Part shown: in pieces, positions 1-11,227 of the stretch
How the letters are laid out: every line of letters starts with the position of its first letter
How positions within the stretch are numbered: position 1 is the first letter of the stretch
DNA from: Azolla caroliniana
Lineage: Eukaryota > Plantae > Polypodiophyta
DNA: 64,000 nt
Assembly (NCBI GenBank): GCA_043228905.1
Contig: JBHGNT010000018.1
Span: 11,656,001 to 11,720,000, forward strand
Direction: 5' to 3'
Notes under the pieces: model-generated
The model's input: only the letters and a program-made list of their open reading frames with translations
Told to the model about the DNA's origin: nothing
The model's database searches: none
Made by a program: the position numbers and the translations under genes

Positions 1-347
1 TTAGCTCCTTCATCTTATCGAAACCATAACTCTCATAAACCCTAATTTCCTTATGGAAGCCATAAACCCTAAATTTCCTTACGGAAGCCATAAACCTTAA
101 TTTTCCCTACAGAAGCCATATCTCTCAAAACCCCTAATTTTTCTTTTCTATTAATCTTAATAAACCTAAAACTTCTGAATCCCAATCTTGGGACATATTG
201 TAAATTCTTTTCCTTTGTTAATGAAAATTAGTAAATTTCTCGTTTCCATTAATTCTTAAAGTATAAACGCACAAATCTGATATCCTTTGGTCGGAGGCCC
301 CGGGGTCCTGCCTCAAGTTCATGTGTCCTCGTCGTATTTTCGCGACA
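1..347. mobile_element. Terminal fragment of an LTR (ends ...CGCGACA) inserted into the RT of Copia element A
   Basis: AT-rich non-coding sequence ending CGACA at 347, the same terminus as the LTRs at 34212, 40724, 55477 and 62271. The minus-strand Copia RT reading (...GLKQAPRQWY) breaks exactly here. The rest lies outside the window. Confidence 0.6.
34..120. repeat. About 3 tandem copies of a 27-28 bp unit containing a telo-box (AAACCCTAA)
   Basis: cataaaccctaatttccttatggaagc / cataaaccctaaatttccttacggaagc / cataaaccttaattttccctacagaagc starting at 34, 61 and 89. Confidence 0.8.
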
Positions 348-3125
348 CCAGTACCATTGCCGGGGAGCCTGCTTCAAACCGTAGAGGCTCTTCTTCAACT
401 GGCAAACCAGGTGCTCCTTCCCTTTCTTCACAAATCCCTCTGGTTGTTGCATGTAGATCTCCTCTTCGAGGTCGCCATGGAGGAACGTCGTCTTCACGTC
501 TAACTGCTCTATCTCGAGGTTCATGCTTGCCGCTATGCTTAGCACGGTTCGGATGGAAGTCATCTTTACTACTAGAGCAAATATCTCATCAAAGTCCACT
601 CCCTTCTTCTGCTGGAACCCCTTTACCACGATCCTGGCTTTGTACCTTGGGGGGTTGCCAGCATCTCCCGGTTTCAACTTGTACACCCACTTGTTTCGAA
701 GTACCCTCTTTCCTTTCAGCAACTCCACCAGTTCATATGTGTGGTTCTCATGCAGGGAATCCATCTTGTCCTGCATGGCACTGAACCACTTGCGGTTGTG
801 GGTGTCCTCCTTTGCTTCTTCAAAGCTTTCCGGCTCCCCCTTATTGGTTAGCAACACGCGCTCTGCATACGGAAATCTCTGGGGGGGGCTCTTCTTTCTC
901 TAAGAGGATATCTCTGTCTTTGGTTTTTAGCAACCGGCTCCTCTATTTGTTCTTCATCCGATATCGATTCGAGGTCTTGGTTGGTTCCGATTTCAGCTTC
1001 CTCTTCTTCTTCTTCTGCCGGTTCGGTATCCTAACCGTAACCAGCCGGTTCTTCGAGTGTCAACCGGTTCTTAATCGGGTAGGTCCGAATCTTATCGAAC
1101 CGATCCTTACTAATCAACTCGGAGTTCATTATCTTCTTCTCCGACTCCCAATCGGCAAGGGTCTTGTCCTCCATGAAGATAATATCTCGACTCCGGAAAA
1201 CTTTCTTGTCGACCGGATCCCACACTCGGTAGCCGAACTTATCATCGTCGTATTCGAGGAATATGCAAGGCCGGGACTTTAGATCCAACTATGCTCTCTG
1301 ATCCTTTGCAACATGCACGTTAGCGAGACACCCGAACACCTTCAGATGTCGGTAAGACACTTCCTTACCGGTCCACACTCTCTACGGGCGTGTCTTCGTC
1401 TAAGGGCACTGAGGGTGATTTGTTTATCACGTACGTCGCCGTCGCCAACGCCTCAGCCCAAAACATCTTGGGTAACCTTGCATGTGCTAGCATATTCCTG
1501 ACCCTCTCCATTATAGTCCGGTTCATCCTCTCGGCCAGCCCGTTTAGTTCCGGCGTCTTCGGCACGGTAAATTCAAGCCGGATGCCCTTCGAGAAACAGT
1601 ATTCCTCAAATTGCCCCCGGTATTCGCCTCCGTTATCTGCTTGAACCACCTTCAGCTTCCAGCCGGTTTCTCTTTCCAGTCTTGCATGGAGCTCCTTGAA
1701 GACAGATAACACCCGATCCTTCGTCTTCAACGGTGTGGCCCACAGCTTCCGGCTATGGTCATCTATGAACGTCACGAAGTATTGCGCTCTAGCATGTGAC
1801 TTGGTGTCCACTTGACAGACATCGGTATGTACCAGCTCCAGTGGTGCATTACGTCTCATCAGTGGCCTTGAGCGGAAGGAGGTCCAATTTTGCTTACCGA
1901 CTAGGCAATCGGTGCACTTCTCGGCAAGCCTCTTCATCCCCTTCTCACTCGTATGGCATAGTCTCTTGTGCCACAGCTCACCGCCAGTGTTGGATGCAAC
2001 ATTCACTTCTTCCCAGCATAACCGGGCATTCATCAGTTACAGTGTGTTGACTTTCCGGGCCCTAGCCACTATTAGGCTCCCTTTGCTGAACTTCATGACT
2101 CCGTTCCGGATGCTACCCGTATAGCCTTCATTGTCTAGCCTACCGGCTGATATTAGGTTCAGTCGAACCTCCAGAATGTGTCAGACATCCTTCAGTAGCA
2201 ACTTGTATCCGGTTGGTGTTGTCAGCCACACGTCTCCTATGCCGACGATTCGGCATGTACCTTCATTCCCCATCCGAACACAGTTGTGCTCACCGGCTGT
2301 GTAGGATGAGAAGCATTTCCGGTCTGGGTCAGGTGGAACGACGCTCTGGAATCGACAATCCACGTTGTCTCGTCGCCGGAAAAGTTCAACACACTCTCCT
2401 CGGTGATGAGCATCAACTCCTCTTCACTTGCCGCCATTGCCGTTGTTCCCTTCCGGTCCAGTCCCCTTCGGTCTTTACTGTTCCAGTCCGGCGACCGCTT
2501 CGAATCAGTACTGTCGGTTTCCTTTTCTTTTCGGAAATGCCGACAGTTCTTCTGGAAGTGCCCCGACTTGCCGCAATAGAAGCAAGTGGGCCTCCCCCTT
2601 GACTTTGACCGTGTCCCCGACTTTTCCCGGTTCTGGGGACTACGGTTCCTATGTCTTCCATGTTCCGATTCGGTAAGGAGCACTTTGGAGTAATGCTAGT
2701 ACCTCATTGGTGAGAGGTACTTCCAACGATGTTGCCTGGTGTACCAGCCCCTGGAAGGCATTCATGTGCTTCGCCATACTGGAACCGTCTTGGTACCGAA
2801 GCCTAACTAGCTTCCGAAATACCGAAACGTGATTAACAACATTTTTGTTCTGAAACATAATGTTGATCTTCTCCCAGAGCTCATGAGCCTTACTCTCCTC
2901 ATTAAAGTTGTTGTATAGGCTCATGTTGATGAAGCACTGTATGTACGCCATTATTGTCATGTGTATCACCTCCCATATCGTGGCATCAATTTTGTTCGGT
3001 CTCTTGTCCCTGAACTGAACTGGCAACCAAAGAACTATAACCATGAGCATGTCCCTCATCTTCGACTTCCACACTGAGTAGTTGGAGCCGGTGAGCTTGA
3101 ACATGCCTCCCAACGAATCTTCCAT
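348..3125 (-). pseudogene. Fragmented Copia gag-pol of element A
   Basis: ORF pieces 2649-3161, 2237-2683, 2181-2363, 1365-2033, 1031-1288 and 249-857 are consecutive polyprotein segments split by stops and frameshifts. Confidence 0.9.
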
Positions 3126-3140
3126 TTTCTGTGTCGTTTC

Positions 3141-3152
3141 GCTCTGATACCA
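3141..3152 (-). promoter_or_regulatory. Primer-binding site, tRNA-iMet type (TGGTATCAGAGC)
   Basis: gctctgatacca on the plus strand, 3 nt from the LTR edge. Confidence 0.92.
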
Positions 3153-3155
3153 GAT

Positions 3156-3716
3156 TGACAAGAACTATGCGGAATAATCTTCGGCCACAACCGAGACTTA
3201 GATCACTTCAATGATAATCAAACACAGAAAGATAAGAAATGGAAGTAAGTACACAGACAAAAGAGAATGCACAGGATGTTGACGTGGAAAACCCTCAATG
3301 GGAAAAACCACGGGAGTTCACAAACTCCAACTATCACTATGTAGAGAGGAATACAACAGATGAACACAGAGGCCATGACCTCTTGCTCTCAATCTTCGCT
3401 TGGTGGCAGTTACAACAGAGACTCACTCTCTCTCTTTCTTTTCCTTTGCTACGCTTTATACAGCAGTTACACCAATAACTCTATACAAATTAATGACAAC
3501 ACAGTGATAACAACACTGTTTGCCCTAGGTCATATTTATAATAATATGACTTTCGGGCTATTTACAAATATAGCCCCAGTGGGCTCTCTGGAACATATTT
3601 ACATATATGTGCCTTCATCCGGTGAGAGGTTCTCACCGGGCCTTCATCATCGAGTTCTCACCGGGTCTTCCTTGCCCGGTACTCATATCCCATCCGGAGG
3701 GACCGAAATCCTAACA
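3156..3716 (-). repeat. 5' LTR of Copia A
   Basis: Minus strand reads TGTTAGG...GTCA with TATAAAT near 3535. It is homologous to the solo LTR at 46755-47570, which also ends GTCA. Confidence 0.85.
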
Positions 3717-3740
3717 CTTTGTTGATCTTGTTTCTCAACA
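3717..3740 (-). mobile_element. 24-bp terminal remnant of a Copia-B-family LTR (target of element A; itself inserted in the gag of B1)
   Basis: tgttgatcttgtttctcaaca matches the LTR end tgttgatcttgtctctcaaca at 57093-57113. Confidence 0.7.
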
Positions 3741-4167
3741 CTTGGGTCCATCAATGTGATGGTGGACGAAGACGAAATGGTACAAATCTACCTTGGTGGT
3801 CTAGCACAACGGTACAGGCCAATCTAGGTCGAGTACCATTCGACCGGACAACCGGATGTTGTACACGGAGGCGGACTAGCCCCGTGGGTGTGGAGGATGA
3901 GGTGGGTCGGCACGCAATGGAGGTGGCCGGCAAGAGCAGAATCGAAGGAACCGAGACAGTGCTGACAGCTGTTTCGGACCCTCAACGAGTAGGGGGAGTC
4001 AAAATGGTGCCGGAAACCAACAAGGGAAGGCTGACACAGAATGTTGGTATTGTGGCAAGAAAGGCCACAAAGAAATCAAGTGCTGGAAGAAGCACGCCGA
4101 TTCAGACAAATCTGGATCCAGCAAGGCCGGACAAGGAAACCGGCAAAGCTCGCACTACGCAAAAGGA

Positions 4168-7100
4168 GTGGAAGGATCCGGAACCGGGAAAACCGGAAAG
4201 GGGCCAGCCTTTGTGATGAAGCACAAGGCTAACTCGATGAAGAAGACTACTTCCAAAGTAGAGGAAGTATGGTATGTTGATTCCGGAGCCTCAAACCACA
4301 TGACGAGCCATGAAGAATGGTTCTCATTTTTGGAGAAACCGGAACAACCAGGAATCGTCGAAACCAGAGACGACACCCCTCACCTAATTGTGCATGTTGG
4401 AGAAATCCCCTTAAGCCATGTTGGACAAAAGGGAATTCTGATGAACGTACTACATGTTCCGACAATCACAAAGAACCTAGTGTCGGTAAAACAAATTGTC
4501 GACCAAGGAATACAGGTGCGGTTTACGCAACTTGGGTGCTTCATCGAGGAAGAAGGCCGGATAATTGCGCAAGGGCGCAGAGACAGGAAGATGTTCATCC
4601 TCGACACCAACGACGTCGGCACCGCCTTGTTTGCCAAAGGACAGAAGACTGAATCGGACATCGATCTCTGGCATAATCAGATCGACCATGTCAACTATCG
4701 GAGGCTTCAAGACCTGCAATCAAAACTGGTTGTTCTAGGATTGCTGAAATTTAGTGGCCGGAAGACCCAAATATGTGAAGCCTGCCAACTTGGGAAACAA
4801 CACCGATGTCCATTCCTCACCGAAAAAAACCGGAGCTGTAATAAGCTCGACTTAATCCATTCAGATGTATGGGGACTGACACAGAACATTAGTCTTGGCG
4901 GGAGTCGGTATTTCGTCTCCTTCATCGACGACTACAGCCGACACACATGGATCTACCTCATTCAGAAGAAAAGTGAAGTCTTCGACTGTTTACGTAATCT
5001 ACAAAGCCTAGTCGAGAGGGAAACAGAAAGACATATCAAGTGCCTGCAGTCGGATGGAGGAAAAGAATACTTTTCTGGCCAATTCAACAGTTATCTCCAA
5101 CAAAAAGGAATTAAGAGAGAACTAAGGTGTCGATATACACCGGAACAAAACGGTGTGGCCGAGAGAAAGAACCGGCCGATTGTCGACGCGGCAAGAGCAA
5201 TGTTGGAGGAGAAGAGCATGCCCAAATTCTACTGTAGTGAGGCGGTGCGTATGATCGTCTACATCCAAAACCGGACCGAGGACAAGGTGTCAGCACATGA
5301 GCTGTATCTCGGGCAGAAGCTGAATTTGAGAAACGTTCGGATATTCGGTAGCATAGCATATGTGCATCTACCGGATGAGAAGCGGAGGAAGCTGGATCCG
5401 AAGTCGGAAAAGTGTATACTCGTCGGTCACTTGCATGAACAGAAGGGGTATAAGTGTTATAACCCCCGGACTAAATAGGTCCAAGTAAGTCGAGATGTCG
5501 AGTTTGATGAGTCGCATCATGGTACTCTCTACCGACTCCAACTCTTGACGAAGACCCGATTCCGGAGGATGCGGCTAGTGAACCCGGGGAGGTTCAGGTA
5601 GAAGATGAATTCCCTTGATCTCATTCCGGCTAAGTGGGCCAAATGAGCAACTGGGTCGGAGTGACCAGTCAGATGAAGAACCAACGAGTAGTGGAAACTC
5701 TGCGTACTCTCCCCGCGCAAGGAATTGAGGAGACGGTCCACGTGCAAAGAGAAGGGGAAGAAAAAGATGCTGGAATACGATACCGACAGCGAAGAGTCTG
5801 ATCAAAGGGATTCTGACTCTGCATAGAACGAAGTCGGATCTTCAGAAACAAAGTTGGAATTGTCCAAGAAGGGCCTCAAATTGGCTGACGAAAAACTGCA
5901 CTGGTCAACCTGCCAAAAGAAACCTGTAAAACGGTACGCATACAATGAGTACATGGCCAAGGTAGCGGACGTGCGTGAGCCGGAGAGCTACGCAGAAGTA
6001 GCGAAAGTCACAAATTGGTGTGTTGCTATGGAAGAAGAAATGCAGGCACTCGATGCCAACGACACTTGGAACCTCGTTGACCCTCCCCGACAATGTAAAC
6101 CGATCGGCTGTAGGTGGGTGTACAAGGTAAAGTACAATGCCGATGGCTCGGTCAACCAGTACAAGGCCTAGTTAGTGGCGAAGGGATATGCACAAACCCA
6201 TGGAATCGACTACGAGGATACCTTCGCTCCGATAGCGAAGATGACGACGGTCCGTGTGGTATTGGCTGTTACTGCGGCAAGGGGTTGACATCTGCACCAA
6301 ATGGGCGTGAAGAATGTGTTTCTTCAAGGTGACCTTGAAGAACGAGTCTATATGATCCAACCCTAAACCCCCCGATTTTCAATCGGAGCTGAACAGGTTG
6401 GCGGTGTCCCGACTCAAAATGTCACTTTATGGTCTGAAGCAAGGCCCCTCAGCTTGGAATGCGAAAATCATGCACTGGTTGTGTAAGATGGGGTTTGCGG
6501 CCTCAAAGTCTGACTCTTCGTTGTTCATCCAAAAAGGTCCGAACGGTCAAGTTTGTATCCTACTGCATGTAGATGATATAGTGATCACCGGACCTAGACT
6601 CAATGAAATCAACCGCGTAAAGTTCTACTTGTCAAACACATTTGAAATGAAGGACCTGGGGAACCTTCATTATTTTCTTGGGATTGAGGTGATCCAGACC
6701 CCCGACGACATATTGCTCTCACAACACCATTATGTGTTGAATATATTGTACAAGTTCAGCATGACGGAATGCCGACCGATCTCCACGCCCCTAGACCGGA
6801 ACCTAAAGCTACATCCTGACTCCGGACTGGCCTGCAATGAGAAACGGTTCCAACAAAATTGTCGGAAGCCTTATCTACTTGACAATCACTCGACCTGACA
6901 TCAATTATCCGCTCGGAGTGATCAGCCAGTTTATGCAGAAGCCGATCGTGGAGCATCTTCAGTGCACGCATCGACTGGGCTGGTGATGCATTGGATCCCC
7001 AATCCACCTCCGGTTACATGTTTTCTCTTGGTAGCGCAGTTGTTGCGTGGAGCAGCAAAAACCAGCCAACCATGGCTCTATCGAGCGCTGAGGCTGAATA

Positions 7101-7440
7101 TCGGGGTGCTACCATTGCCACCTGTGAAGCCGTCTGGCTTCAGCAACTTCTGGAAGACCTCCACATCTAGGTTCTGACCCCGATCCTAATTTATTGTGAC
7201 AACGTAAACAACATACAACTCGCCAAGAACCTTGTATTCCATGCTCGGACAAAGCACATAAAAGTGCATTATTACTTTGTCCGTGAGCAAATCTTGAGTG
7301 GTGAAGTTGAACTTCCATATGTTCACACAGATCAGCAGGTCATCAACATCTTCACCAAGCTACTCGGATCAGACAAGTTGTAGCACTTTTTGGAGCTGCT
7401 CGGCATTCAACATCTTGACGTGCTGCAGTTGAGGGGGAGA
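4168..7440 (+). pseudogene. Copia pol of B1 (PR-IN open at 4168-5478; RT/RNase H disrupted)
   Basis: 436-aa ORF with protease, GAG-pre-integrase and integrase motifs, followed by RT fragments 5854-6171 and 6398-6898. Confidence 0.9.
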
Positions 7441-7860
7441 ACGGAAACAGAAATGGGTAATGGCACCGGACAAGGAGCCGGAGAGGAAGAAAGAACAAAG
7501 AAAAAGGAAGCTAAGCCCGAACAAGTCAAAGCAAGCGGCAACAACGACAGACTAAAGAAGGACAGAGCAGACCGGAAGAAGGCCAAGACCCGGACGTGGT
7601 CCGGTGTGGTGAAGGACCTGAAAAAGGAAGATGAGTTGGAGATTACCAACTCAGACAAGAGCCAGAACGAATCGGAGGAAGCTGATTTGGTTCAACAATT
7701 TGATTCGGAGGAGCGGGATCAACTAAAGGCCAAGCAGATGAGAAGACATCGAAAGTCGACACCGACACGAAGGAACCGATGGGTCGACAAGTGTTGGAGT
7801 CATAGCAGCGAAGGAGCTAAGATGGGCCTGCTAAGTAGACATGTCGACCAAGAAGGTTGA
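7390..7860 (+). other. Charged in-frame extension after RNase H, lying between two PPT-like tracts
   Basis: The reading frame continues past LQLRGR. Motif KTRTWSGVVKDLKKEDELEITNSD is conserved as KTKTWSDIVKGLKTEDKLETTNSD in 24315-24797. Confidence 0.6.
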
Positions 7861-8002
7861 GGAGTGCAGAACTGGACGGGTCGTGGAAGGAAGAACCGGA
7901 CCGGACGAGGAGCGCGAGGATGCCAGAAGGAGTAAGACGGAAGAATTAGCTACCATAGAAACTGACACCACGATCCGACCTCAAGTTGAGGTTGAGGGGG
8001 AG

Positions 8003-8396
8003 TGTTGAGTGAGCAAGCTCAACCAGATCCAGATCGGTGTCCGGATGATATTCAGAATCAAGAGCCAGATCGGAATTAAACCGGGAGACCGTTAGAGGCC
8101 GACGGATCCAACCTAGTACATAGGCATATTTTTGGGAGTCAGTGACATTTGCTCGTATGAACATTGAAGTACATGTCATTACTTCTGTTAGTTCTTTATG
8201 AACTTGTATAAAAGTGCTCCCTGAGCACATTCTATGTACAAAGGATTATTATTTTTGAATTGAGTTTATGTTTTGTTCTCTCTCTGTCTCTCCCGTGTAT
8301 TCTCTGTGTAAGGTCTCCATTAAACCTTCTTCTCTACGTTCTGTTGGTATCCGGCTGAGCCGGTTTGTCATACGCTTCCGCATATTAACTTTCACA
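8003..8396 (+). repeat. 3' LTR of Copia B1
   Basis: TGTTGAG...CTTTCACA, homologous to the PBS-flanked LTR 57291-57718. Confidence 0.88.
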
Positions 8397-10743
8397 TATA
8401 CATTACACACACATACAACAACATTAAGTTTCTTCACCCTCACTCAATTCTTTGTACATCTTGTATGGTAACACATTATGGCACGCCCATGGGACAGTGC
8501 ATTGCACATCGAACACACATGCCTTGATCATCTCTAATCGACTGGAAACTTCATCGGCCTCCCTCAATTGGAACGCTTGAGTCGAACATCTCCTTCGGTC
8601 AGCGAATCTTCATTGGCACGAACATTCCCGTTTTGTCGGTTCACGAACATTGGTATCATCCTCCAGATCTTCAAAAAACATTGTGTGTATGTGTGTTCTT
8701 ACTTATAGTTTTTGACTTGTTAGTTGATCTCGTCCATTTTTTCCCAAATTATGTATTATACCCTCATTTTTGTTTACTTATTTATTTATTTATAAAATTC
8801 TATCTGATACCCTCCTGTTTATGAAATTTTATATGCTACCCTTGGATTTTTGAAATTCTATCCTATACCCTCAAAATTTTGAAATTCTTTTTGTTAGCCT
8901 CAAGTTTCTAAACTTTCATCGATGCCCTTATCTCCTTTTTCCCCTCTTTTTTTTGTTTTTTGTCTGCTATTTCTTCTTTCTGTCTGTTTATTTGTACATA
9001 TCTTCTTTCTTTCCTCTCTCTCTTTCCTCTTATTCTTCTGACATTCCGGCAGTTCCTTCTTAGCCGTTTGTCTCGTCTTCTAACTTCCTCTTCCTCCTCT
9101 TTCTTTCTGCTTTTTGTTCCCGCTACCCTGATCTTCTCTTCATCTGCTTCTTCTTGTTTTCTGTCGCTTCTTTCTCGTTGTCTTCTTCTGCTTGCTTGCT
9201 TCTTCGATTTCATCTTTCTTCTCGGTTCTGTTACCACCACCGTTATTTCCCTTGTCCGGAATCGATGTTGTTTTTCCTCCACCCCTGGGCCGCCTATCTG
9301 GTCATATGTCCGGTCGGTCTCTGTCTCTCACTGTCTCCATCGCTGTCCGTTCGTCTCCGTCCCTATTCGTCGTCGTTCGTCACTGTCCGGCCGCCGCTGT
9401 TGTTGGGCTGCTTCGGCCACAGTCTGGTCGTCGCCGCTCCGGCCACTATTCGGCCTCTAATCGACTGTGTCTTTTCACTGTCCAGCGGCCATCATTCGGC
9501 GGCTCCGGTAGCTGTACGACCGCTCTACCCACTCCTGTAGCCATTCCAGCCGTCGTCCCAACGTTTTCGTTTCTGTTCTCCTCGATTGTGATTGTTTTCG
9601 GTGACGGAGCTCCTTCTTGGTTGTTGTCTGGCATTCTACTTCCTCTATATGCATCATCCAGAAACGATGATGATAATGCTCAGAGACATCGTCAATCTGC
9701 CATTGTCATCATTTCACTCACATCTCTCATACATCGTCCATTTCGATTTCTTGCTCACTCGCACATATTTCTATTGGAAATCATTCCGTGACTTCCTCCC
9801 GCATATCATTCGTCGACTTCCTCTCTCACATTGTACCACCGCGTATCATTCGTTGACTCTGTCACCAAAGGGGATTCGCTGTTGTGGCCGCCAAAAAGTG
9901 TTATAGGTTTAGGTTTAGGGTTATTGATAATGATGGCAGTAGAAATAGGGTTAGTGATGATGATGATGATGATGAAGATGGTATTGGGAATATGGAGCGG
10001 AATCGGGATGATTAAAATTTCAAACATGATTTACACTACGATTTACACTTGATAAATAATAGATGGAAACCACAAGACGAAATGAGAGAGTACACCGAGA
10101 TTTAACGCTAAAAACCCAAATTTGGGAAAAACGACAGCTACCTTAGGTTCCGAAACAAATTCACTATTTTGTGAGTATACAAGGTGTTGATAGCCTCTAA
10201 AGCTTACTCTAGAGATATGCACATATATTTCAAGGCTACCGCCTTGGATACAATACTCACCCTACCAGATAGGATAAACAACAGAAAAATAACCAAAAAC
10301 ACAGAACAAATAAACCTGTTACAAGTGGACAGAAGAGTTATTGTGACTCTTTTGGGTAGTCCAGACAACACCTCACTAGATCTCCGTCTTTATAATTGCA
10401 ACGAGTTCTCGAGCTCCCACACTTGTTTTTGTTTTCTTGCAGAAGCTTTGTTGTGTTTTTCTCACACACCTCTTCTTCTCGAATCTCTGTTTTTCCAGCC
10501 TTAGTTCTGTTCACTCGTGTGCAATTTTTCTCTGTAACGCACTCTGTTTTCTTTGTCTTTCTCTCTATTTTTCACTCTCTGTTTTCTCTCAAAAAATCAG
10601 GTCACGCTGTCTCTCTTTTTCTTTCATTTATCTGTTTTTCAGCTTTGTCTTCTTGTAGTCCAACGTCTATATCAGTGTTCACACACACACATACAAAAAA
10701 GACACCCAAAAAAACATACAAAAAAAGAAAAAGGCATACATAC

Positions 10744-10780
<37 letters not shown>

Positions 10781-11227
10781 AACACAACTAATTATAACTT
10801 GCCTTAAGCCTATTCGGCGTTCAGCCGACTCAATGTTGTGGGCTCCACTTGAGTGAACAAGCCCCAACAATTCTCCCCCTCCGTCTCAAGTGGGGGGCAC
10901 AACCAAGTTTGTGTCACGGATCATAAACTCAAGAGACAACGAAGAAGATAACCAAATGGACAAGAAAGAAGATAGTACTAAAGGAAAGACTCCATAACTG
11001 GTGTTGTTCACCTTGAATTCCTTCAAGGTGAACTCCTCTATTTATACTACATGGCATGCATACTTGTTGCACGCATGTGAATCTACAATAGAGCATGTAG
11101 GTATGCATGCATGTGCCAAGTGTAAATACTACAAGGGAGCAACTATGCACATGATGCTAGCAAAATAATAAGGAACAATTACATACATAACTAGTACTAG
11201 ATATCTTGGTTAACTCATAATAGTAGA

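Larger units (their letters stand above)
348..3716 (-). mobile_element. Ty1/Copia element A (Tnt1/Tork-like), 5' LTR to mid-RT, degenerate
   Basis: Minus-strand order LTR(3156-3716), PBS, gag (MEDSLGGMFKLTGSNY; knuckle CFYCGKSGHFQKNC), PR (WIVDS), IN (LVHTDVC, FIDD, PELNGLAERMNRT), RT (QLDVKTTFLHGDLEEEIYM). IN before RT is the Copia order. Confidence 0.93.
3741..8396 (+). mobile_element. Ty1/Copia element B1 (mid-gag to 3' LTR), degenerate
   Basis: gag homologous to 61100-61620, PR (WYVDSGASNHMT), IN (LIHSDVWG, FIDD, PEQNGVAERKNR), RT (LLHVDD), RNase H (RTKHIKVHYYFVRE), PPT TTGAGGGGGAG at 7992-8002, LTR 8003-8396. Confidence 0.93.
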
